Shown here: positions 42,351 to 52,168 of the stretch, one piece after another
Position numbering within the stretch: the stretch's first letter is position 1
How the letters are laid out: every line of letters begins with the position of its first letter
Made by a program: the position numbers and the translations under genes
Notes under the pieces: model-generated
Seen by the model: only the letters and a program-made list of their open reading frames with translations
The model's database searches: none
What the model was told of the DNA's origin: nothing
Assembly (NCBI GenBank): GCA_964016885.1
Contig: OZ024741.1
Location: 176,700,001 to 176,764,000, forward strand
Length of the DNA: 64,000 nucleotides
Origin: Eledone cirrhosa
Taxonomy: Eukaryota
Direction of reading: 5' to 3'

Positions 42351-42958
42351 ATTAAGGTAGTTAAGTACGTTTAATTCACTCAAGCTTGCCAACTAAAATT
42401 TACATGATATTTTACTAATAGTATTGAAACATCTACTGATCAATTGTAGTGAGGCTCACACGAGAGAGTTTATTCGGCAAACATAAAATGAAACATACTA
42501 GAAGGCGCCATAGTAAGTAGTTTAAATATACTTACATGCCACCCACTTGGTTAGCTCATTTATATTTGCTTGAGACAGATAACTACAAAATCTTCGTTTT
42601 ATACATATATGTATTCTTTATTACTTTAACAACATTCACTTCTGTATTGAAGACATGCTGGGGGAATACGATCAAGTATTTACTCAGATAAATCTTATCG
42701 ACCCTGGTTCTCATTCATATCTGGTATATAATCTTGTACATAAACAATTCTTAACTCAAGCAGCTCAGTCAACACACTCACCCGCACAAGCACAAACACA
42801 TAGAGACATACATGTGTATATATATAGCAAGAAAATAAGTGTTGGTAAAATCCAGTACTTCAGTATGCGGAGAGGGAGCACTCAACGAAGATATAAGTTC
42901 CGGAGTTATAATAGTGAGGAAACATAAGTCAATTGCATGAACTCATAAACCTTTATTT

Positions 42959-43014
42959 ACTGCTATATATATTTCGATGATAGCCATTGAATGGCTATGA
43001 CCTCATCAGGCAGT
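42959..43014 (-). ncRNA. type I hammerhead ribozyme
   Basis: minus strand: actgc CTGATGA ggtcatagccat-tca-atggctatcatc GAAA tatata TA gcagt. Confidence 0.85.
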
Positions 43015-43144
43015 AAGTCAGTTCTTAAATATGCCAGCTCTGTGTTTATAGTGTTGATGGTATCAGAGCCTTGGGACATATGTCCGAAGGCTCTGATACC
43101 ATCAACACTATAAACACAGAGCTGGCATATCTAAGAACTGACTA

Positions 43145-43202
43145 ACTGCCTGATGAGGTCATAACCATTCAATGGCTATCATCGAAATATATATATAGCA
43201 GT
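43145..43202 (+). ncRNA. type I hammerhead ribozyme
   Basis: actgc CTGATGA ggtcataaccattcaatggctatcatc GAAA tatatata TA gcagt. Confidence 0.82.
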
Positions 43203-43255
43203 AAATAAAGGTTTATGAGTTCATGCAATTGAGTTATGTTTTGTCACTATATATA

Positions 43256-43292
<37 letters not shown>

Positions 43293-43502
43293 GTGTCTCT
43301 GTGTCTGTGCCTAACTTTTTAATATATATATATATATATAAAAGAAATAGGATTTCGCTTCAAGCATAGCTTTATACAATATGGATAATATTTCGTATCT
43401 CCAAAGAAATACAGTTTTAGAAAGCCGTAGCTATGCAAACACCGGGGGGGGGGGGGGGGGGCTAACGCCCTCTGGTGATGTCCAGCAGAAGCAAGGGGGG
43501 CA

Positions 43503-43546
43503 ACCGTCTATGCATTTCAGGCTTAACTGGCCTTCGTCAGGACGGT
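43503..43546 (-). ncRNA. canonical type I hammerhead ribozyme
   Basis: minus strand: accgtc CTGACGA aggc-cagttaa-gcct GAAA tgca TA gacggt; palindromic stem III. Confidence 0.9.
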
Positions 43547-43694
43547 CCCTCTCACCGCTTGCGACTGCTGGACTAGAAGACAGCTGAGAATATATACTTT
43601 TCTCGTCTGTGTAAATGAGGTGATTAATCTCATTTGCATATGAAACTATGCTTGAAGCGAAATCCTATTTCTTTTTGATTATAAGTTGAGCCAA

Positions 43695-43808
43695 ACTGAG
43701 TTCAAATCCCGCTAAGGTTAACTTTGCCTTTCATCCTTACGGGGTCGATAAAATAAAGTACTAGTAATGCACTGGGTAATTGCTGGCCTTGTCCCTAACG
43801 TAGAAACA
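43695..43808 (+). mobile_element. 5'-truncated SINE, family A, with 17-bp TSD
   Basis: TSD attataagttgagccaa at 43678-43694 and 43809-43825. Confidence 0.9.
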
Positions 43809-43933
43809 ATTATAAGTTGAGCCAACTTATGCAGCTTCATATGCAAATGAGATTAATCACCTCATTTACACAGACGAGAAAAGTATATATTGTCAGCTGT
43901 CTTCTAGTCCAGCAGTCGCAAGCGGTGGGAGGG

Positions 43934-43977
43934 ACCGTCCTGACGAAGGCCAGTTAAGCCTGAAATGCATGGACGGT
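43934..43977 (+). ncRNA. hammerhead copy with G at the cleavage position (violates the NUH rule)
   Basis: accgtc CTGACGA aggccagttaagcct GAAA tgca TG gacggt. Confidence 0.75.
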
Positions 43978-44155
43978 TGTCCCCCTTGCTGCTGCAGGAT
44001 ATTACCAGAGGGCGTTAGCCCCCCGGTGTTTGCATAGCTACGGCTTCCTAAAACTGTATTTCATTGGAGATACGAAATATTTATACACACACACACACAC
44101 ATATATATATATGTATGTATATGTAAATATATGTATATGTAAATATATGTATATG

Positions 44156-44194
<39 letters not shown>

Positions 44195-44201
<7 letters not shown>

Positions 44202-44860
44202 GACAAGTTATCGTTAGAGGTTATGAGTACTCCGCGTCATGGGTAGTTTTAACGTACGGCTTTGTTTGACTCAACAAGATGTTTCTATAGTTATGCAGCG
44301 AGATCGCGGTAATATCTATGCAGGTTATACTTGGAGTAATAATAGTTAAAGAAAGAAGAGTAACATGGTTGGCTGTACAATAAGGCTTTATTTAAAGTAC
44401 TGACAATTGTTTCGTTGATGAGGTGTATCTAGAGTTCGCTAATCGCTTGAGGTTGCATAAATCGATCTCCAATACATTGTTTACCACTGGTCAACACATC
44501 AGAGTACGTAGATAGGAAAATAATTGACTCGAGGCAAGACTTATACAGAAAAACAGCGTAAAACAAAAAAAAAATAACCTCAATAATAAAATAGCATATA
44601 ATTAAAACAATAACATCAATAATAAAACATGTATGGTAAATAGATAGAGAGGTTACAGGTGTAAAAAGTAAAAAGTAAAATATAAGATAGAGTACATTAA
44701 AAAATAATAAGAAAATGAGGAAATGGAAAATATAAAGAAATAAATGAGTAAGAGAGTGCGAGTAGATATTAATAGTTTGTGAGTAAGTGTTATTATAAAG
44801 ATTCGTTGGTACTAACATGAGAAACCAGATTTGAGATGTAGATAAATACGTCTAAATATA
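44195..44860 (-). mobile_element. PLE 3' UTR/pLTR ending in (TA)n
   Basis: contains an HHR motif; homologous to 26915-27303. Confidence 0.7.
44397..44507 (-). ncRNA. long-stem-II hammerhead, A9U mutated
   Basis: minus strand: gtact CTGATGT gttga[...]tcaac GAAA caattg TC agtac; 82-nt stem II domain. Confidence 0.65.
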
Positions 44861-45278
44861 TCTAGGGTGGGTAACATTCCTGAGATCCATGGACGAGTTG
44901 TCTCCAGCGGTGTCTGTTTTCATCATCTCTGCCATGTCCTGTGTCTCCAAGGGACTGGTGTCTGTCCTTAGGGCATCAACATATGTCAACCTCAGCCTAC
45001 CTATTCTAGTGTGTCTTTGCTAGGTCTCCCACAGGAGCACTGAGTGCAGTGTCAACTCTGAATGTCGCTGAGCATGTCCAGCTAACTTCAGTCTCCTGTT
45101 TTTCTTTCGAGCTGATTTTTGGGAGGCTCCCGTACAGTTCTGAGTTCTTCATCCTCAGAATATTCTGATTGATGTTCAGATCCATCCTCCGAATTCTCGT
45201 GTACCACCCATCCAGTATCTGAGAGACTTTCTTGGTCAGTGTCCAAGTCTCAGACCCGTACAGCAGCACAGACTCCCC
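44861..45278 (-). mobile_element. 5'-truncated RTE-type LINE 3' end
   Basis: ESVLLYGSETWTLTKK...LDGWYTRIRRM; same family as 46591-47018. Confidence 0.85.
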
Positions 45279-45315
45279 TGTATTCGTGAGTGAATAACAA
45301 TAATATTATAATAAT

Positions 45316-45503
45316 TGTTTCTACTATTGGCACAAGGCCAGCAATTATCCCAGCGTATTACTGGTACTTTATTTTATCGAACCCGTAAGGATGAAAGGCA
45401 AAGTTAATCTCGGCGGGATTTGAACACAGATCATAAAGGGCCGTGACTCTATGCTGCAAAGCATGGCGTCTGACCCTCTACTGATACTGCCAATCCACCA
45501 CCC
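45316..45503 (-). mobile_element. full-length SINE, family A, with 17-bp TSD
   Basis: TSD aataatattataataat at 45299-45315 and 45506-45522. Confidence 0.9.
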
Positions 45504-46590
45504 TTAATAATATTATAATAATATCATAATATCATTAACATTCGGTTTGTTTGCAAGCAAACAGCCTCAAAGACACCATGTGTATTTTCTAGAGGAACAA
45601 CGTCATGCTTTTGTTCCAGCGGTAACTGAGAGAAAATAATCGACGATATTGTTTCGGGGTATTTGTTTCTCATCAAGATTGTCTATTCTTCTGTCTGCTA
45701 CTCACTGGAACTGCTGTGAATACATAGTATTCCCAAATGTATACATCAGCGGACTAGCCTCATTTGCATACCGATTTGCATGTCGATTGTTTACACCAGC
45801 ACCCTCACCCGGTTTTCCGAGTTAAATTAAGAAGCAGGTATTTACATATATACTACTACTGCACAGAAACACGCACGAACGCACACATACACGCGCACAC
45901 ATACACACACATACACACACACACATACACATATATATGAAAAGAGTCAGGACCCCGACTGCTGAGCTCCGGCCATTCCGAAGCTAGATGCGAACTCGGA
46001 ACTACCTGTCGAAAAAGCAGGAGCTCAGCCGGCCGGGTCCTGATTCTTTTTCCCATACCCACTCTACAAACCTTAGTATTGTTTACTCTGGTGCGTTATA
46101 GTCCACCTGGCATCTTACTACACTCTCTTTGTTTATATATATACAGAGCTGCTTATAGGAAAGAATAGCGTTGCGACATCTCGTTGATAAACAATGGTAA
46201 GGATGTACAAACACCCGATGTCAGTCGTATATATACTGCATTATACTGGTGATCAAACTTAAAGGAGTATCTATGTGTGAACTAACGCTAAGATGCAATG
46301 GTTAAATAACCTTGTTTGTGCCATAATGCGTGTTTCATTGACACACGTGTATAGTCGTTATGGAATCTTTATAACAGCAACTGTCACCAGTGTAACATCA
46401 ACAGATGTCGCAAGAGCCTTCCTACAATATCTGATTTCTGAACCAGGCGTTATATTTACTATTTACAACTTTTACAATTATTGATGGAGATTTCAAATAT
46501 TCCCACGAAATAATAGTTTACGATGTTCAGAATATAAATAAAATGAGGGTATAATACACACACACTACACACTCACATATATATATATTT

Positions 46591-47452
46591 TCTAGGGCGG
46601 GTAAAATTCCCGAGATCCATGGACGAGTTCTCTCCAGCGGTCTCTGTCCCTCATTATCGCTGCCATGTCCTGCGTCTCCAACAGACCAGTGTCTGTCCTT
46701 ACGGCATCAACATACGTTAACCTTGGTCTTACTCTTCAAGTGTGTCCATGTAGGGGCTCCCACAGGAGCACTGAGTGCAATGTCAACACTGGATGTCGGT
46801 GAGCATGTCCAGCTAACCTCAGTCTCCTCTGTGTCACTTTTGAGTTGTCTTTTGAGAGGCTACCATACAGCTCTGAGTTTTGCATCCACAGTGCATACTG
46901 ATTAATGTTCAGAGCCATACTCAGCATCTCGTGTAGCATCCATCCACCATCTGAGTGAGTTTCTTGGTCAGTGTCCAAGTCTCAGACCCGTAGAGCAGCA
47001 CAGACTCCACTACAGCAGTGAAGATTCTTAACAGGATGATTCTTAACAGGATCCAGTCTGAGTTGGAGAAGAGGCTCAGCGAAAACCAGAACGGCTTCAG
47101 AGAGGGAAGATTAACCACCAGTCACATCCTGATGCTGAGGAGGATATTAGAGGGAGCTAGAGCAAAGTGCCTTCCTGCGGTCATGGTTTTCATTGATTTT
47201 AGGAAAGCTTTTGATTCTGTGGACGGTCACTGCCTGATGATGATCTTACGGGTTTATGGAATCCCCAAGAAGATATTGGACTTGATATCACTGCTCTACA
47301 CCAACAGCAAAGACCAAGTCATTAAACCTGATGGGATGACAGAGTTCTTTGAGATACTGGGTGGAGTGCTTCAGGGAGATACATTGGCTCACTACCTTTT
47401 TATCATCGTAGTGGACTACTGTATGCGCCTTGCACTGGAAAAACACCAGATT
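46591..47452 (-). mobile_element. RTE-type LINE with 5' inversion
   Basis: C-terminus on the minus strand 46591-47018 (VESVLLYGSETW, RRLRLAGH); RT core on the plus strand 47018-47452 (QNGFREGR, DFRKAFDSV, GVLQGDTL). Confidence 0.9.
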
Positions 47453-47457
47453 ACTGT

Positions 47458-47534
<77 letters not shown>

Positions 47535-47535
<1 letters not shown>

Positions 47536-48720
47536 AAAATGAGATGAAATCGAAAATGCAACTGAAGTCTTATTTAAAAAAAAAAAATATATATTTATTT
47601 GGTTCCTTTACCGGTTTCGCAGTTCTTCTGCTTTTCAAAAGGTGAGTTGAGATGGAGGGTCTGTGGTTTTTCTCACATCTGGTTGGTCTCTAAATGTTAC
47701 TTGTTTTATATGGAAAAAGTGGCTCGAAAGCCAGGTTTTTCGAGAAGTAATTTGATTGGTTTGTCAATAATTATAATAAATTTCGCGCCAGTTCGCGTTA
47801 CAATAGTTCTTCAAATAAGAGAGGGGGGGGGGGGTTGTCACAGGTTGTTTTTTCATATATGAGTGTTTGAGTTTCTTTTTACTTGAAAAAAGGAGGCTCA
47901 CGAAGGCTTTTTTTGGGTTGGTTATAAATGAAATTTGGCTGTCATGTGAACAAGTTTTCATTACATTTTTGCGCCCTTATTTGGAAAACTATTCTGTAGT
48001 CTTTATAGTGAATGTTATGACAATGGAGAGATAGTGGTCAAGGGAAAAGGGATTGGGAGAAATGTTCTGGTTCAGTGAATATGGCCAGCTGTCAGAGTTC
48101 AGGTGTCAGAGTTCAGATTTTCTATTGAGACTGAAGATATGTGTTTATTTGTGTGCTTGTGTGTGTGTATATGTGTGTGTGTGTGTATATGTGTGTATTG
48201 GAAGATGATTCTATTTGTAGAGATGGAGGAGGGAGTTGTGTACGTGTGTATATGGGTGTTATGTGTGTGTGTGTGCGAGTATGTTAAGACGGAGAGAATA
48301 TATATTTTGTGTGTGTGTATATATATATGTGTGTAGGAAAGTGGTTCTATTAGTAGAAATGGGGAGGGAGTTGTAGGTGTGGGGGTTGTTATGTGTGTGT
48401 ATGGGTGTTATGTGTGTGGGAGTATGTTTAGCATGTTAAGATGAAGAGAATATATATATATATATTGTGTGTGTGTGTATGTGTGTGTGTAGGAAAGTGA
48501 TTCCTTTAGTAGGAATATTTTTGAATGAACATATTTTCCTGACTTTTTCGTGTTTGCTGTTGTATTGCCAGTGCAAACGTATGTTAAGGTTTATTTAGTT
48601 CGGGTTTTTATTTTATAAAGTAGAAGGTGTTATGTGTGTGTGTGTATGTCATATTGTGGTGTTGACATAATGTATATTAAACCTTATTTAATGTTGGTCT
48701 ATGTATATATATATAAAATT
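47535..48720 (-). mobile_element. PLE-like 3' UTR/pLTR ending in (TA)n
   Basis: HHR variant at 47605; blocks shared with 56127-56430 (aaaaagtggctc, atttgattggtt, tttcgcgcca); internal TG-rich tandem duplications. Confidence 0.55.
47605..47642 (-). ncRNA. minimal hammerhead, U3:A8 core variant
   Basis: minus strand: cctt TTGAAAA gcag-aagaa-ctgc GAAA ccgg TA aagg; stems I and II perfect, stem III palindromic. Confidence 0.75.
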
Positions 48721-48744
48721 ATAATTGGTGCTCTGAAATAGCTA

Positions 48745-49130
48745 TATATATATGAATGTATATATAGTGTATTTTGCAATACACCGTATGCTTAATTAAA
48801 AGCATTTCGAAGACCTTATGCTATTGTTTTAGAGTAGTGACAGACTCACTTACTTTAATTTCAGCAAACAGGAGGAGATAAAGCTGACAAGGCCTTGTTT
48901 CGCATTTATTGATGCTTATCAAAACCAACTACTCATCCCGTCTGCTGTTATCATGGATGTTTGGTTCTTATAGAATTCTAGTAAATAATCAGGAACTGAT
49001 TATACAATTTTGCTGAAATTAAAGTAAGTGAGTCTGTCACTACTCTAAAACAATAGCATAAGGTCTTCGAAATGCTTTTAATTAAGCATACAGTGTATTG
49101 CAAAATACAATATATATACATTCATATATA
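48745..49130. repeat. inverted repeat (~120-bp arms, ~140-nt spacer) between TA tracts
   Basis: 48745-48868 is reverse-complementary to 49009-49130. Confidence 0.9.
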
Positions 49131-49245
49131 TATATATATATATATACATATAGATACACACACACAAGCTCACACACGCACGCACATACATATATATGTG
49201 TGTGCGTGTGTATGTGTGTATATATATATATATAGATATATATTA

Positions 49246-49378
49246 TAATTGTTTCTACGTTTGGCACAAGGCCAGCGATTATTCCAGTGCATTACTGGTA
49301 CTTGATTTTATCGACCCCGTAAGGATGAAAGGCAAAGTTAACCTCGGCGCGATTTGAACTCAGACCGGAATGGGACAT
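49246..49378 (-). mobile_element. 5'-truncated SINE, family A
   Basis: aattgtttctac...actggtact...tatcgaccccgtaaggatgaaaggcaaag...gatttgaactcag. Confidence 0.85.
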
Positions 49379-49381
49379 AAA

Positions 49382-50953
49382 TCTCGGCTGCTATTTCTAG
49401 TTGTCGATAACCCTATTCACGCCACTGGGATGAAGCTGGCACGACGTGTATATTTTAAAAAAATGCAACACGCGCTGCTAGTCATTCGCAGATTTGAATT
49501 TGCTGTGTAAACACAGATAGTTAAATCCTCTCCCTTGTTGAAAATACGGAGTTCGCTACTGTGGTTTACCGATCGATTGATAGTGAAATATATTTATTTA
49601 ATGAAATATATATAGAAAGGTGTATATAAGGAAGATTAATCAATTCATAAGGTATCTATATTTAACATTTATTTAGTTACCTACCTAGCTATGTGTGCTT
49701 ACACACTTTTACAAATTATTCCCCGTGATTGTTTCATATGTTTATTTTAGATATATATATGTCAATCTATTTCTAGCTGATATAAAATGCTCGGATCTAT
49801 TCATTGGAATCTTGGAGCATATTCTACAGTGGATATGGTGCATGTCTCTCTGACATGACACCCTTAATTTAATTTTGTATATATATATATATATTAAATT
49901 AAGGGTCATATCTGAAACATGCGCCATATCCACCGTAGAATAAGCTCAAAGATTCCAATGAATAGATCAGAGCATTTTATATCAATTAGAAATTGATTGA
50001 TATATATATATATTTAAATTAAACACATGAAACAATCACAGGGGATAATTTGTAAAGTGTATAAGCGCACACGGCTAGGTAGGTAACTAATTAAAGTTTA
50101 ACTAGAACTTCAAATATTACCTTTTAAAAATGATTAATCTTCTTTGTATATATTTCATTAAATAAAGAAATATATTTCACCGTTAATCCGTAAACTCACA
50201 GTAGTCAAATCGTGGATCTTCAGCAAGGGAGAAGATTTAACTATCTGTGTTTACACATCCAATGCAAATTTGCGAATGAGCTGTCGCACGTGTTTCATTT
50301 TTAAAACTACACACATCGTGCCAGCGTTATCCTAGTGGTGTGAATAGAGTTATCGACAGCTAGAAATAGCAGCCGAGTCCTTTCAACTGAGGTAGCTCTA
50401 TAATTAAGGGGCCGTGTATTTATCCAAAATTAAATTAAATTAAGGGTCACGTCCGAGACATGCGCCATATCGACCGTAGAATAAGCTCAAAGATTCCAAT
50501 GAATAGATCCGAGCATTTTATATCAACTAGAAATTGATTGACACGGCCTCTTAATTGTAGAGCTAACTCAGTTGAAAGGACTTGGCTGCTGTCGATAACC
50601 CTATTCACGCCACTAGGATGACGCTGGCACGATGTGTGTAGTTTTAAAAATGCAACACGTGCGACAGGTCATTCGCAGATTTGCATTGGATGTGTAAACA
50701 TAGATAGTTAAATCTTCTCCCTTGCTGAAGATCCGAGGACTACTGTGAATTTACAGATTAATGGTGAAATATATTTATTATTTAATGAAATATATACAAG
50801 GAAGATTAGTCATTTTTAAAAGGTAATATTTGAAGTTCTAGTTAAAATTTAATTAGTTTCCTACCTAGCTGTGCGCGCTTACACACTTTACATATTATCC
50901 CCTGTGATTGTTTCATGTGTTTATTTTAAAATATATATCAATCAATTTCTAGT

Positions 50954-50958
<5 letters not shown>
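49382..50958. repeat. compound fold-back array of a ~500-bp repeat in alternating orientations
   Basis: A 49382-49878 (+), B 49893-50418 (-), C 50426-50541 (partial, -), D 50541-50958 (+). Confidence 0.85.
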
Positions 50959-51042
<84 letters not shown>

Positions 51043-51409
51043 CATATATAATGTGGAAATAATGATGACGAGTAAAGGTAAATATATTAATGTTTTTCTT
51101 ATCCAGTGTATTTCAACATATCAACCCTCGTTTCAAATGCAAAGCGAGTGTGATCTATGATATTTTCATTAACTGATCCAAATGCCTCAATTGCGCATGC
51201 CTTGAGTAATAATAGAAACTATTTCCTCCGGATCGAGGAGCACATGACATCAGGAGATTCTTCTGTCAAAAGCACCTTGGCAATTATTGCAGCAGTGACA
51301 TTGAATTCATCATCCAATCGACGAAACGGAATGCGAGGAATTTAAGAGTCAAAGAGTCTCTGATCATCTACTAACAGAAGGCACAACTACACAACATTAT
51401 TGAACTATA

Positions 51410-51900
51410 TATCATAAGGTCATTACCCGATATTCCATGTGTACATTTAAGAAGGTAAAGGGCACGGCACTATAATATGACACATTTACCCTTTCCACAT
51501 AAGAGTCAATATTACAGCATATATAGACCGTGTTGGCATACTGCAATCGTTGACAAATGATGCAGCCATGACAGGCTGGTCATAATAGAAGAGATGGAAA
51601 AGAATTTGGGGAATTTAAGAATTAAAGAGGCCCTAATCATTAACACAGAGGAGTCACAAATACACAAAAGGTCAGTAATACATATCAAATATTCACCACA
51701 CAATGTGTATATTGAAGAAGTACACGGCATTATAATAGGCAAAGGTAACCTCTGAGTTCAAATCCCGCCGAGGTTAACTTTGCCTTTCATCCTTACGGGG
51801 TCGATAAAATAAAGTACCAGTAATGTACTGCAATTGCTGGCCTTGTGCCAAAGGTAGAACACTTATAATAAGCTGCATTTACTTTTTCCAATAAATGCCA
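51410..51900 (+). mobile_element. decayed PLE GIY-YIG remnant interrupted by a SINE
   Basis: IIEEMEKNLGNLRIKEALII at ~51580-51642 resembles the PLE endonuclease C-terminus; IPC/YI traces upstream. Confidence 0.4.
51751..51862 (+). mobile_element. 5'-truncated SINE, family A
   Basis: tctgagttcaaatcccgccgaggttaactttgcc...ggccttgtgccaaaggtagaac. Confidence 0.88.
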
Positions 51901-51934
51901 ATGTTGCATCATATATATATATATACCTTATTGG

Positions 51935-52014
51935 CATATTACAATTGTTTCAATATCGAACAGCCCAGGCCAAAATCCTAGGCCCGACGCTACCACGACA
52001 TCTCATCAGATATA
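51935..52014 (-). ncRNA. type I hammerhead with extended GC-rich stem II
   Basis: minus strand: tatat CTGATGA gatgtcg...tagc.tcgggcc...ggcctgg.gctg..cgatatt GAAA caattg TA atatg. Confidence 0.8.
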
Positions 52015-52085
52015 TGAGTTTATATGTGTATTTAACTAACACACACACACGCATGAATAAACAACTGTTTCAGACACGCACGCAC

Positions 52086-52168
<83 letters not shown>

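Larger units (their letters stand above)
42911..43250. mobile_element. spacer-less ~340-bp palindrome (fold-back pLTR) with two hammerheads
   Basis: centre ggacat|atgtcc at 43079/43080; ~170-bp arms with few mismatches; (TA)n on the right. Confidence 0.9.
43341..44081. mobile_element. fold-back pLTR-like insertion (~255-bp arms) with a SINE in the loop
   Basis: 43387-43647 is reverse-complementary to 43833-44081; extra inverted pair 43341-43372 / 43643-43676. Confidence 0.88.
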
